Source: Epiperipatus broadwayi (Eukaryota > Animalia > Onychophora). From it: 64,000 bases of DNA. The first letter of the stretch is position 1. Every line of letters begins with the position of its first letter. This document shows, in pieces, positions 43,170 through 56,848 of this stretch. The translations under genes were made by a program, and so were the position numbers. Location: positions 17,546,001 to 17,610,000 of the forward strand of contig JAQFVV010000005.1 of assembly GCA_028023455.1 (NCBI GenBank), read 5' to 3'. The notes below the pieces were generated by a model. The model made no database searches and was not told the origin of the DNA. It was given only the letters and a program-made list of their open reading frames with translations.

Positions 43170-44015
43170 CTAGAGCCATCCACTATAAACTTTAAGTAAT
43201 CAATAAATATCAAATGGTATAGTGGAGTAATATTCCATTCCCAGACTAGTTTCAGGTTTTACCTTTATCAAATTAGCTCTTTTGCACAGTTATTTAATCT
43301 GATATCAAATCAATTTGCAGGTATTTTAAAAATCTTAGTTTTATGCCAAACTATATACTTGCTTCTATTCTTTGCTTTGGTTAAGAAGATTATTTTATAT
43401 AAGTTTTTTATATGCCTTCAAGAATAAGCCTTTTCACATTACTTTAGAGCCATCTACTATAAGTTTGAGTAATCAATATATACCAGGCAGTGTAGGGTTA
43501 AAATAATGGGCATATTATAGTACCATATTATTTGATGTTCAGTAAGCTTGTTGTAAATGGGTTTAGATTAGATGAAAAACTGCTCTTAAAACATGTGATT
43601 TGTGATTATTTATTAATAAATATTATTTATTGGATTAATATTTTTTAAATCTATATTTTGAAACACAATGATTCAGTTTATTTCTTATTTAATATCAATC
43701 TTTTAAAGCATATGACACTCTAATGAAGAATTTTATCAGCTGGATTAGTAAAAGCTTTTATCCACTATAATTAATACATCCATACTTCTTTTAAAGCTAT
43801 TGCTTTAGTGTCCAACTTTTATATTCACACAGAATCACAGTAAATGACACAACTTGTATAAACTTTAGTAAAAAATAGATGCCAGATAGTAGTGCTTAAA
43901 ATTATTTATCCAGTACTGTCCTATTCATTATCCCTAAACTAGTTTCTAATTTATGGATATTATCAGAAGAGTTTTAGATCTGGAAGCAGTGTGTCTGAAC
44001 TTTTTGAATCTAACA
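43170..44015 (-). repeat. Cluster of old family D-like fragments (~43170-43260, ~43445-43490, ~43890-44015)
   Basis: AGACTAGTTTCAGG, TAAACTAGTTTCTAA...TATCAG and GAGTAATCAATA remnants. Confidence 0.5.
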
Positions 44016-45534
44016 TGAGGAAACAATTTGCTTATGAATGGCATTATGTAAATGAGAGTCATATGATGCTTTATCAGTTTTAACTTGAAAAATTCTGAAT
44101 ATAAATATACATAGTAAAATATTTGTGGCCTTTAATGTTTTTACACAAATTTTTAAAAGCAAGATAGTAAACATAATGGAGCTGTTTACATTTGTTTCTC
44201 ATTTATTATCATTTCCTGCCCTACATGAGCATTATAATGCATAATATAAGAAATCAAATAAACTGAAATGAATGAGAGATTCCCTTAAATACATCACTGA
44301 ATAGCTTACTTAATTGTTTATGAAAGCTACTAACTGAAAAATCTTGAGATTAACTGAAAATTTCTCAAGTAGGCAAAACCTAGGACATAAAAATAAGCAA
44401 ATGATTTATTGCTTAAAATTTTTTAAGACGTTTTAGTACTAGAAGTGAGAAAGATGAATTATGACTCAATGACCTTGAGTTCCAGATCCACAAATCTACC
44501 CCTGCACTGAATGATGCAGCACAACTCTAGAATACAAACATGGTACATTAAATCAAAAAGAACTTTTGTCTTATGAATATAAAAACAAAATATCTACAAA
44601 GACAAGAAAGCCTTTATATAGTTTACTTTAGAATATAATTTTTTCTTAGACCTCCACAGAGAATAATAAAAGAAAAGGTATTAGACATAATGCTTGCAAA
44701 TTATGAACAGTGAGGATTTACAGCAGTTTTTCATTCTTAGTTTACACTCTATGCAACACAAGCTAGAAATCTGTTTATTGATTAATAATTTGGGCTTAGC
44801 TATATTGGATATAAACTAAGTTCATAAAAACAGTAAGTCTTAAATCTGAATGAAACATGGAAAATAAGTATGTGAAAGCTGATTATGAACACAACGAACG
44901 GAGGCATTACCTCTATAAGATATTTATATGAACAAAATATATGTAACTTTAACTGTAACTTGAACTATTGTCTAAGCTCAAAAATAATAAGAATAAACTT
45001 AAAATAGTAATTAGAATTAATGATGTATGATGACCATTATCATGATTTTCAGTCACCAGCAATATATAGCAGAAAGAACATCTCTTTACATTTAATGCAA
45101 TTTTTCTGGTTTATAGAGTCTTATCTCTACATCACAGCAACAAACAAAAAATTGCCCATCCATTTCTTTAAAAAACATGTATAGGCCAAATTCTATTTTA
45201 GCCTCCTACTTTATCTGTTTTCTTACCCATGTATTTTGATTATAATCCTTCCTGATTACTTCCATCATGCATATCTATACTTTACTTGCTCTAAACTCAT
45301 TGTATTGGTCTACTGTTATGTATCCAAATACTTAAAAAAAGGCATATATAGCTTGAAAAAATAAACACTTTGAAAAAAAAATATTATGAAAATTACAAGG
45401 CCTGAATTAATTTTTAATAAAAGAATACTCTGTAGACTATTGAATTCCAGTTTAAGTCCAATTCAGAAAATAAATATTGCAAATTGTTTTACTTAAATGA
45501 ATAATAATATTTTTATAAAGCGCAGTCGATATTG

Positions 45535-46002
45535 AAATAAATGAGAGAGTGCAAATCTCTCAAGCACTTATGACTACAACCAGCCAATCAAATCTTAAGC
45601 ACTGGGACAGAGAATTTTAATAAGAAAAGAGCGGTTCCACTCTCTTTACTTGTCTTAATATATATCCAAGCCAGTCCAAAGTACTTATATTTGAAAGCGT
45701 GAATCTTTATTATTTACATATATTGCTGCAAATTTATAACATTGAAAAACTACGGCGTAGTAAATCGAAAGATTTCACGCTGTATGTTTATAATTTGATT
45801 TCAGATAATTAAGTGTGATGATATTTAAGATTCACGCTTTCAAATATAAGTACTTTGGACTGGCTTGGATATATATTAAGACAAGTAAAAAAGAGAGTGG
45901 AACCGCTCTTTTCTTATTAAAATTCTCTGTCCCAGTGCTTAAGATTTTATTGGCTGGTTGTAGTCATAAGCGCTTGAGAGATTTGCACTCTCTCATTTAT
46001 TT
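45535..46002. mobile_element. Fold-back element (family F), arms 45535-45707 and 45827-46002
   Basis: The ~173 bp arms are near-identical. The direct repeat TTAAATGAATAATA flanks it at 45493-45506 and 46002-46015. Confidence 0.9.
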
Positions 46003-46223
46003 TAAATGAATAATATTTCTGTAGTGGAATTTTATATCAATTCACAGGGTGTTAAAAGCAAGATAGGAATTAATCACTATCCTCCATGAGAGTGTGAGAG
46101 TGATATAAAAATTACACTATAGAAATATTCATTATTGGATGATTTTTAGTCTTATGAATAACTAATAAAATTATTAATATGTTTTGATTTCAAGGTTAGC
46201 TTTGTACAAAGAAAAAATATATT

Positions 46224-46329
46224 AATGTTGTTAGCTGAGAGGTGATCGCAGCGGCCTTGCAGGCAAGTAGTTGGTTGCAGACGGTTGTGGGTTCACCTCT
46301 CGGCCAATGCTATGACATATGAAAAAAAA
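46224..46329 (+). mobile_element. tRNA-derived SINE, copy 3 (subfamily b)
   Basis: TTAGCTGAGAGGTGATCGCAG...CGGCCAATGC-TATGACATATG-A tail; no clear TSD. Confidence 0.82.
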
Positions 46330-46706
46330 TTCAGATTTTGCAGTTAGTTTGATTTAGAAGACAATATCTAAAAATATTGTATACTATAAAAACTGAAATA
46401 AATTGAAATAAAAAAATAAGTTGGAAAATACAAAGAATATACTATAGGAAAAAGTACATGGTGAAAGAAAAAGAGAAATGAAGCAAGATATAACAACATA
46501 AAGATAGAATGGAACTACATAAAGGACTGAATGATTTAGATTTTATTTACAAACATTGAAGTTGGTATTTGTTCTACATTTTACAAGATAATTATGTTCT
46601 TAGGCAGAGGTTTTTAATAGTAAAACGGAAATTCAAGTTCTTATCTATAACTACAGTGTGAACATTGGTATTTTGCACAAAATAATAACTAAATATATTA
46701 AACATA

Positions 46707-46819
46707 GTCTTGCATTGTTAGCCGAGAGGTATCGCAGCCGCCATGCAAGCAAGTAGTTGTTTGCAGACGGTTGTGGCTTCACGTCCCGGCCGATGCTATG
46801 ACATATGAAAAAAATACAT
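46707..46819 (+). mobile_element. tRNA-derived SINE, copy 4 (subfamily b)
   Basis: Perfect 14 bp TSD ATATATTAAACATA (46693-46706 and 46820-46833). Confidence 0.9.
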
Positions 46820-47528
46820 ATATATTAAACATAACCAAAATAAATGAATGTTAATCTGATAAATTCCAAAAAACTCCGCAATAGAAGTGATTATGATTAT
46901 TTGTGTAAAAATTTCAAAACTTTTACCTCAGTGATAAACTATCAATAATTTGCTCGTTTAAAACAAAATGAATGCCATATACAGTAGTAGATTAGCATTC
47001 TCAAGGACTATAATTGCTTACTTCGAATATCAGCTAAATTAGTCTCAAGTTTAGTTAACTGAGTCATTCAATCTGCTGTCAGTGTGCTTTAGTCCCACAT
47101 CAGCACTTGATTATGTGATTATTTTATTCACTTCAAATCCATGTCATCACTATGGTGATTTTATATGAATTCATACAAGTATAATCAAACATTAAGGATT
47201 AAATTTGTAATTTTCTTCCAAAACAACAAACTAATTTTTATCTGAAAATTTGTGATGGTAGTATTTTAGTTGTTATTACATTTTGGATATTTCAATCCTC
47301 TAATATTAATTGTTAAATGACTTAAAAAAAAACAGAATAAAATTGAATTTGTTGATTTTATTTTACATTTGTTGATGTCATTTCATTTCATTTGTTTATG
47401 TTAATAAAAAAAGATTAAAAAACATGATTTTTGTATTTACTTTTTTTTTTGCATAACAAAAAACACAGCAAAATGATTAAAATCAATCGCCTGGGAATGT
47501 TCATATTTTATAGTTTTGGTGTGATAAT

Positions 47529-47542
47529 GCGCCATCTAGTGG
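47529..47542 (-). promoter_or_regulatory. CTCF-consensus motif
   Basis: The minus strand reads CCACTAGATGGCGC, a full match to CCASYAGRKGGCRS; motif only. Confidence 0.5.
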
Positions 47543-47721
47543 TGTCTTTGTCCAACAAACTACTACCAGTAATTGCACATAGTCAGTATATAACACTGAG
47601 TGATATTCTTCTTTCTTTTTCAAGTGTTTTGGGGCTGATCAGTGATTCTATTAACATGAGAATCAAACCAGAATCTTTAAATTTGTGAATACTGAATTTA
47701 AGATGATGTTTAACAGAATAA

Positions 47722-47965
47722 TCTAATTGGTTAGAGGGTAACATTAAATTAAATATTCACAAATCTAAAGGTTCCAGGTTTGACTCCTATACTAGTATTC
47801 ACTGGTCAGACCATCAACATCTGAAGAAGAGAATAATAGCACTTGAAACATGGGATATACCCTAATTTGTGTGCTACTACTAATAGTTGAATGTACTTGA
47901 AAAATTTAAATAAAATTTGAATTTTTCTAAAAACATTTAATATTACGTGATAGAAACAGTCTAAT
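47722..47965 (+). mobile_element. Family H3 solo copy: tRNA-like head, HHR-like motif and tail
   Basis: A-box-like TAATTGGTTAGAG (47724-47736), B-box-like GGTTTGACTCC (~47777-47787) and CTGAAGA at 47821. The tail matches 18400-18490. Confidence 0.72.
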
Positions 47966-48810
47966 GACTGATGATTATTTTACTGTTTTAGATTATTTGT
48001 TTTACTAATATTCATTATTAAAATTAGAATATATTTTCAGAAGCAGGTGTCTATTCTGTTTATTTACTCTAGAGCTATTTACATAGGCTTGACGATATAC
48101 TTAATATCATATGAATCACACTCCCAGATTAGTTTCTGAATAATTAGGTTTTTTATATCAGTGAAGAATTTGGATTACAATAATAAATATTATCTGGCTG
48201 TATGAATAATAATACCACCATCTGGTATTCAATAATTAATAGATGGCTCCGAATAAAGGATATACAATCAACTCGATCTTCTAAATGCATAAAGAGCTTT
48301 ACGTAATTGAAGGACAATGTCTAAAAGTAATCCACATACTGAATTCAAAACATTTGAATACGCAAAAGTTCTCAATAGTAAAGTGAAATTCAGAACCTGA
48401 TAATTGTTAGGTGATAAGAGAAATTAAAAAATCTTTAGGGAATTTTTAATCACAGAAAACTTATGAAATTTCAATTGATTTTTTTTTTTTTTTGAAAATT
48501 GGGTAATAAAATTTAAGAAGATTAATTGAATTTGTGACTTAAAGGAGTCACTAATAAATATTCTTTTAAGAATTACAATTCCTTTAGAGAAAACATCTAA
48601 TTCAGTAAAATGTGAAGATTTTAGAATAAGTTCAATCTTGCATGTGATTGAAAAAAATTGTTCAAAATATTATATTTAAATATAGTGAAGTATAAGAGCA
48701 ATTGGGATTTATAAGATAAAGCTATTAAACATGCAGCTGAATTGATGGAAATTACTTTCTTATTTTCTTGATTAAGAAAAATATTTTATAGAGAAAGTTA
48801 TAATTATGAA

Positions 48811-49002
48811 TTTATTAAACGCACATTGATTACGTAAGTAATATTTACCGAGGCTGTAATCTCGAGAATATGCATGTAAAATGTGATAGTAGGGACTTCT
48901 ACAGGTGTTTAACCACAAGCTTACGATATGGAAGAAAAGAGGGGAACCCCAATGAGGTTCCCCTTCTTTACTTCAACCTACTTTCTATTTAAATAGGTGA
49001 AG
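48811..49002. repeat. Family B longest copy
   Basis: It includes the GGGGAACC-CCAATGA-GGTTCCCC hairpin. Its reverse strand starts near TATTTAAA and ends in AATAAA. Confidence 0.85.
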
Positions 49003-50499
49003 CTGAAGCGGTTAGATCTGTATCTCATATTCATGGACTCACCATTTACATTTTCAGAAACCCATAGTTTAAAAAATGTTAAAAAAAAATTGCAAATGAA
49101 AATTCATAAATTTCATGCATGCACTATTTTGCATGAGCACCATAATGAATTATCTCTGTCATCTATTTTCTATCTAATGTTTAGATATAAAACAATGTTA
49201 TGAAATATATAATACTGTTAAAACTCATTCACAAAACATCTAAGTCTGAATATATTACAACCACAACCCACAGGTCTGATTTGCAAAGAATCATTTTTAA
49301 ACAAATTTGTAAACAATGCCTGCTTTCTCATATCAATGCCAATCTAGTGGTGAAACAAAAGATGGCCACTTTTATCTATCCTCCACAATAAATATATAGT
49401 AAATAAATAAAACATTGACATTAAAAAAAACATGGTAGGAATCTGACTCAGAGTTATCATAGAAAGGTATTTGAAATTAGCTGTTTCATGAGTAAGTTTG
49501 TATTATCAACAATATATATTTAAAAACAATAGTCTACTTATTGGCTCCTTAAAATTATTACTAGTATTTGAAATTGTAAGTTGGCTTGATTAATAATCAC
49601 AAAAGTCATTACTAATATAAAATTTCACTCTTACTGTATAAAAATTTGGAGGTCAGGTAAAAGTGTCCATCTTTTATTTGGCTAATAGACTGGCAATGAT
49701 ATGACAAAATGAACACCATTTGCAGGTTTGTTAACAAATGATTCTTTAGAAACTGAACTTGTAAATTTCTGTCATAATGTATTCAGACTTAGTTGTTCCA
49801 TCAATAAGTGTATATGTGTTTGACTTTGTGTGTTTTAAAATATATTGTATTCACTCAATAGCTTAGATGATTGTTTTATCTTTTTTGATTACTATGATAC
49901 TGTCATTTTCTTAACTATATTATTCTTTTATTGATTATTTTTATTGATGTCTTAGTAGTTATATTTTTAAAACTATATTGTGTTCTAGATAGTGTTAAAC
50001 ATGTATTGGATTTTCTGTTATTCATGGTTTCAATTTGATGGCAGAAGACAAAGAATATAGAAAAACTACAGAAGGTGATTTTGTGGGATATTTGAAGATG
50101 AAAGTTATTGAACAGAAAAAAAAGAACTATTAGAAAATTTGTAGAATAATCAAAATATTATTGCATGATTATTTAGTTTTCCTGTAAAAATGACAGGCAC
50201 AAACATAATTTTATAAAAAAAAAAGGATGTTTTTTTATCCTCTGTTATATAATGATGATGAATTAAAATATGGATCAATACACTGCATGACTAAATAAGC
50301 AATTCTAAATTTAGTGTGTGGAATCCATGTTTCTTTTGCAATTTATCAAGGTATGATGTAATGTAAAATGTTTTCTCCCTAAACAAGTCAGAAATTTCTG
50401 TGCATAAGCCATATGTCTGGAAACTCTATTAATTAAGTTAAACATCTATCTTTCTAAAATTGTGATAAACCATAAAAAAATTCATATACTTGTTATTCT

Positions 50500-51750
50500 T
50501 TAATCATTCTTCCAGCCCTTATTCATTGCTTTTTCTATTCGTATCCCACTTTATAATAAAATAATTCCATTAATTCCACTGGTCTCTCCGTATATTTCTC
50601 ATTTTAGTTGTAAAGATTGAAAGAAAATATGATGAAATCTCTATTTCTTATATTCTCTTTATTTTCAATTTTCTCCCAATCTTCATAAAACTTATTCTGA
50701 TCTTATTTCAAAATCCTACATTCTAATAATAAGAGCCCAATACCTACAATCTAACTTTTATTCCATTTTTTCTTTCTATCCCTTTTATCTAAAGCTTTCA
50801 TATTTGCTTCAAATAATAATAAGTTTTCTATAGTGCTATCACACACTTTTAATACTTTATATAGTTTTATTCTTATATAACTTCCAAACTATTTTTTCTT
50901 TATATTCATTTTAAGTTACTCTACTGTTTTCTAACTGATTTATGAATTCTCTTTTCCAACTCCTCTCACTTATGTACTCATAATATTTTCCCTACATATT
51001 TATGTAATTTCTTAGAGAAATATATAAAATAAATCCTCTATATATTTACAATATCTATTGTAAAACCTTTTGTGCCTATATGTTTATTATCCTTTCAACA
51101 GAATCCAATCAAACTCATTTTCTACACATTTATTTTCAGTCATATATTGTAATTTTGTAAACATTTAAAATTTTCTTTTAAGTCTTTCATGTTTTCCTTT
51201 GAATGGCCCCATTTTCAGTCCATAAGCCACCAACCCAATGCTTGTTTACATGTTATCTAAACATTTCTTCTTAGTAAATACAAAGCATATCAGTTCCAAA
51301 TATTAAAACAGATAGGATCATTGTTTCCCTGAAGTTCCCCATGGCTCATACATATTATATGAGAAACATATATTTTTAATTAATCTCATTCTGATTTTTC
51401 CTTCTCATCTTTAATTTGAATTACTTTTATGATTCTATTTTTTCAAAATATCTGTATTGTGCCATTTTGTCAAGACCAATCCAATCATATTCCTAATATT
51501 CCTATTAAATATTAATATCCTAAATTTCTCATCACTAAATTTAATTTTCATATTACTTGCAATCCTTCTATTCTTCTCTCAAAATAGCTCCATTTTTTTT
51601 TTACATTATTTTCAGAAAATGCCATACCATACATGAAAAAAGAAGTCACCATAGGTATTCTCTGAATGCACTTATCTTCAACTTACTCCAGAGTCATCCT
51701 CGGTAACAGTTAAGATAATTGCTCTTGAAATCATACGAACAAGCATATGA
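50500..51750 (-). pseudogene. Possible old LINE ORF2 relic
   Basis: A long purine-rich minus strand with only weak motifs (IEKAMNKGW). Confidence 0.3.
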
Positions 51751-51849
51751 GAAATCATGTGATGTTTATACATTAATTAGCAATCTATTTTATTCTTACA
51801 ATTTTATGGAATTTAATATAAAGTATAAACAGTACTTAACAGATGCAAA

Positions 51850-51960
51850 ATAGCAGTGCTTAATAAATCTCTCTCCAGTGCTGTCTTATCCAAATATATA
51901 TAGACTAGTTTATAGTTTATGGCTTTCATCAATGAGATTTTTGGATTTTTTGAACAATGC
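51850..51960 (-). repeat. Diverged family D fragment
   Basis: TAGACTAGTTTATAGTTTATGGCTTTCATCAATGAG. Confidence 0.6.
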
Positions 51961-52345
51961 ATTTGAATTTTCTATCTCATATATCATTTTTCTCACAGAC
52001 ACTTTTTACTTTTTGTTATACTATCAAGCTATCAATCCAAATTGAAAAACTTGTTAATTTTTTTAATCCAAGCTTATTTGCTTGCATAGTTATTATATAT
52101 AGCTAAAACTGGATCAGTTTCTATATATTACGTAACCTTAGTCTTTTTAAGAATCTTAGACACCTTTATTTTTTGACTAGAACCATTGAAAACATCACAT
52201 AAACAATATAATTTGATTTCAGTTTACACCTTGCTATTCATAAAAAATTCTTTTATTCTTATAAAGTTAGCAATGTTTAAGTTGTGATCAAATGAAATTA
52301 GTTGAAGTCTTAATAATCCATGTGATGTTGTTAGTATTTTAAATT

Positions 52346-52494
52346 CTAAACATCACATGATCACCATCTCTATACTAGCACATAATTGTAAACAAAGGCA
52401 AAACTCTCCATACAGTAGTGCACAAGCCTTCTGGCATCCACTGATTACTCTGTTTAGCACAGGGTGGCACTACTGTATGGAGAGTTTTGCCTTT
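52346..52494. repeat. Family D small fold-back (arms 52394-52421 and 52467-52494)
   Basis: AAAGGCAAAACTCTCCATACAGTAGTGC and its exact reverse complement. Confidence 0.9.
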
Positions 52495-53059
52495 ATTTTA
52501 AATTCTCTTGGTTCTAAGAATGAGAATCCCTACTCTTATGGCCAATCTTTTTATCTCAACCCTCAATATCTTTGATTTAAAATGAAAAATAAATGTGATA
52601 AAAGATATTCTCATTTCAACTTCATTTCACATTTACCTATCATGATTCTATACCCTCCAAATTGATATATATAAAAATTAGCTCATTTTTAACAATAATC
52701 AAGTCTAATCACATATTTTCAAGATTTTTTATTCCTATATGAAAGTATTTTCTATATTTAAAAATATAATAAGTAATGGTTTATTTCCTTCATAAGACAT
52801 TTCAATAAACTAACAATAAATCAAGGATCCCCCTTTTGCCTTTCTGAATGAAATCTGTTGCGAATCTCTTGCAAAAATGTACTCTCTTTCACTTGTCATA
52901 ATCCTATCTATTAATATGCACAATCAATTAAAATATGTTTTCCACGTAACAATACGTTTAAATACTTATGTTGAGATTCATATAAGGAAAAAAAATCAAT
53001 AAAATACATCATACTAATGTAATATGCTAAGTTTTGATTTTAAATTTGAAGCATATTGT

Positions 53060-53380
53060 GTATAGTAAAATAAATTTGTTTTAAAAATATATGTAAATAG
53101 TTTATAAACCATGAAGGTTGTTAGTACTGGCCTTCAGCTAGTTAATGATTAAAATCTTTTTCATTTCCATTATACAATAATCTAATTCATATATCTTTCG
53201 ATTCATTTGGGACTTAATCATCTATAATTTTATTAAATCTTTCTTTTGCATCAACCCTATATATTTTTACAAGTGTGTAAGCATTTCATCTGCAATTTAC
53301 CTACTATTCTTGCTTTTCTTTTTTTCAATTTACATATTGCACTTTTCAATTCAGCATCCGCCATTCTGTTCATTTTCTCA
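53060..53380 (-). pseudogene. LINE reverse transcriptase N-terminal relic
   Basis: The minus frame gives ELKSAICKLKKKKSKNSR*IADEMLTHL and later YNGNEKDFNH, resembling AIxKLKxGKAxGxDxIxxEML and YKGxxxDxxNYR. Confidence 0.5.
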
Positions 53381-53549
53381 GCTCACTAATGAAATCACAT
53401 TCACTTACTAATGCATCTTCTTCCAAAAAACTGTATTACAAATTCACTGAGTATTTTTTCTTTTCTATTTTTACATTCTCTTCCCATGCCTTTAATAATG
53501 TACCCATCATTTTCTTTCTTATTCCTTCTTTTCTTTATATATATAAGAC

Positions 53550-54248
53550 ATATTTTACAGGTTCATCCGTGTAAGATTTTAATTAGATATTCCAATGTTT
53601 TGACATGATCACCCAAGTTCTCAATTGGGAAATGAATATTATATAATTCTAGAGGCACTGTAAACAATGTCTACAAAGAAGATGAACTAATTGAAAAATA
53701 AATAAACAAATAAAAAATTCACAATCTTCACAGTAATTTAATTTATTTTTTCCAAATATGAGGAAGTTTACATGTGTCATCATATTTGCTGATACAATTT
53801 GGCTGTTTAGTATCTCAATAGTTTCTCTGATCTTACATTGGTGTAGGTTTTCACAACTGAATAGGATCCTGATCTTAGAAAAATCAATATTGTGACCTGA
53901 ATCCACAGAATGGATTGAGAGTGCTGATGATGATGAATGTTATTTTACTGCATTAGCATGTTCATCCTTTCTAGTATTGATATGATGATTGCTCATACTC
54001 ACATAAGAAGACTTACAAATGTTATACGAAATTTCATAAACTCCTTGACCCTCAAGAGGAATTTAATCTTTAAGCTTGGTTAAAAAATTACTAATTTTTT
54101 GATAAGGAACATATGCTATCTTTATGTTGTAGCATTTTAGAATATGTCTAATACCATCTGTGATTTATTTTCATTTCCCAATTGAGGGCTTGTGTGATCA
54201 TGTTGAAATATGTAATTAAATTCTTACATGGATGAACCTACAAAATAT
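53550..54248 (-). mobile_element. 5'-truncated Penelope-like element with inverted terminal repeat (53550-53636 and 54170-54248)
   Basis: The minus frame reads IRHILKCYNIKIAYVPYQKI...KD*IPLEGQGVYEISYNICKSSYV...TRKDEH...SALSIHSVDSGHNIDFSKIRIL...KIRETIEI, which is a GIY-YIG endonuclease. The inverted repeat abuts the truncation point. Confidence 0.9.
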
Positions 54249-54291
54249 ATCTTTCTGTAACCCATGAAAACATTCATATGAATATATATAT

Positions 54292-54401
54292 ATTATTATT
54301 ATTAAGTGTCATAGCATCGTCCGGGACATGAACCCGCAACCCAGGCAACTGCCTGCAAGTGCAAGGCAGTCGCGCTGACCTCTCGACCACCAACGCAAGA
54401 C
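54292..54401 (-). mobile_element. tRNA-derived SINE, copy 5 (subfamily a) with a (TAA)n tail
   Basis: Reverse complement of the SINE consensus, with ATATATATAT on both flanks. Confidence 0.88.
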
Positions 54402-54709
54402 ATATATATATGTCAAAATTTTTTCATATATGCATAGACTGTGCTGCCATCTTAATTAAATAAAATGACTGTTTGTTTAAGCATTGAAAGTATAAGAATT
54501 CATTGGATCAGTTATGATGCAGATGTGACTGTATTTTTAGATACTGGAAATTAAATTTTCAAAATGTTAAACAGAGTTAAGGAAGTTTGAATAAAAATAA
54601 ATGCATTTCAATCTAAAACAACAAGTATAAATAGAGATAATAAAAGATTAAAATAAGAAGTGGACAGGAAGAAAGGAAAAAAAAAATAATATATTTAAGT
54701 TTGCTAATA

Positions 54710-55010
54710 GAATTCGGCAACATATCAGAATAAGATTTGCAATAAGGGGTTTTAAAAAGATTAAGAATACTATTTGACCTATTATAAAGGATGGACAGGA
54801 AGCAAAAACATTAAAGAAACAAAAGAAGGCAGGGATTGATGTTTTTGAAATGTAATGCTATTGAAGGATGCTTGGGATGCCTTGAATAGCTAAAAGATCT
54901 TGTGCATGGGTTTTTGTGTAAGCAGATGCACAAAAGCAATTGTTGGAGATGGTAAAGTGAAGAAAGCTACACTACTTTGTTTATGTAAGTAAGATGGATG
55001 GATACACTGA
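54710..55010 (+). pseudogene. RTE-clade LINE ORF C-terminal relic
   Basis: GQEAKTLKKQKKAGIDVFEM*CY*RMLGMP*IAKRS and KLHYFVYVSKMDG resemble GxExWTLKKxxxxRIDAFEMWCxRRMLRIPWTARR and KLRYFGHVMR. Confidence 0.7.
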
Positions 55011-56848
55011 AATAGAACGTCATGGTGGAATTGTGATTACATCAAAAAGAAGTTGATATCCAAAATTATCATAGCATTAGAAGTATGTAAAAAAGCAGAG
55101 GAAAGAAAAAGTCTGGAAGCAGTACATCTGCACTATCGCCCATCATCAAAATGACGGATCAAGCAGTTAATAAAAATGATTAAAGATAGATTTATAAATG
55201 TTTTGGAATATAGCCTTATGTACAACAAGATATGACTAATTAAGAACAGTGAGAAAAAAGGAAGCTTTTAACATGTAAATTTGGGAAAGAATAAAAAGAA
55301 TGAATGAAGAAATAGATGTAACAATGTGAAAATGTTGAAGAGAATTAACATTAGAGGATTATCTGTTAAAGAAATTATAACAGAAAAGGAATTAGATTGG
55401 ATGTATACTTAGAAGTAAAAAATCTAAGCAGCATATGTTGGGAAAATTTGTATGTGTGTGTGAAAATATTGACTGATGATTTAGGAATTTCATCAGTTAC
55501 ATTTTAATCAGGGTAATTTCATTATTAAAAGTCCGGTCTTGGTATCCCAAGAATAAGTAGTGGGGCATCAAATTGGTTCTGTTTTTTTATGAAAACCTTC
55601 TTTCCTATCACATGAAATTGACAATATTTATTTTCTAATAAATGTTTTATTTTATTGTATCATCAAATGTACAAAATTTGCCATTTTATTTGTTTATGGC
55701 ATATAATTTTGTTTGATGACATATCAAAGGATGAAAAATTTTAATTGTGCAATGATTTATTTTTAGTCAGCAGAATAATCAAAGTGTATAGTATGGATAC
55801 CACAAACAAATGAGCAATTTTGTTCAATTTCATTTCCACTCTCTTGATATTTAGCTACAGCTTAGGGTAGTTAAATATCATTAGTGCAATAAAGATATTT
55901 TAATGATATCAATACAAGTGGATTTAAACAAATTTTATAATTAAATACACACAGACTGTAAGAGTTCACAACATACAAAGGAGTACACATTTCTCGGTTA
56001 GAATGGAATAATAAAAGAATTTGACTGCAAAGCCTCTACCTATTTATGGTTTTGTTAAAAATTAATTTACATATTTTTTATTATTTTAGTTACAGTATTT
56101 ACATCAATAAATGGGATCTGTTTTTATATTTTTTGTTTTTTTCAGTTTCTAACATATATTAATATTATTGAACTAGTAAATCTTTACTTTTTTATATAAT
56201 TAAAATTGCAATAAACAAAAAAAAATATGCATTTTGTATTTGCAGTATTTCATTTTTCTATTTTAAATTTCTGGAATCTCTACTAATGATATAAAAAAAA
56301 TAAATAGCTATAAGTGTTTGCAAAATAGAGCAAACCACAGAAAATCTTGGAAAAAATTGTCCAATTGATGTGCAGAATCTGTCTTTTTGTCAAATATATA
56401 ATGATGATATTTTTTTTAAAACAAGATATTTTAAATTTTGTGGATATAGAGATATATCCATTGAAATCTATCAAAAGAAATATGCATAAATTATGTTACC
56501 ATCTACCATTTAATAAAAAAACAAAATGTTTATTTAAGCATTTGAAAATAAAAATAGTAGTGATATATATTTATGTATTAATCACAGAATGTTGTTTAAG
56601 TTTTGAAAACTCCAGGATTTAAACCCCCTTTAAAAACAATCAAATGAACTAATATTTCCTTAAGTTAGTTAATTAAAAATTATTTTAATATTCAATTGCA
56701 TAAGCACAACATTTTCTCACCAAAGAAAACAGTAAATTAATTAAGTAGCCATGTTCCTTTCTCACAAACTATTTAAACTGCAATCTAATAAAGGTTTATT
56801 CTAGTAAAGTTGATTCATGCAAAGTCAAAACAAATACTGTACTCTTAC

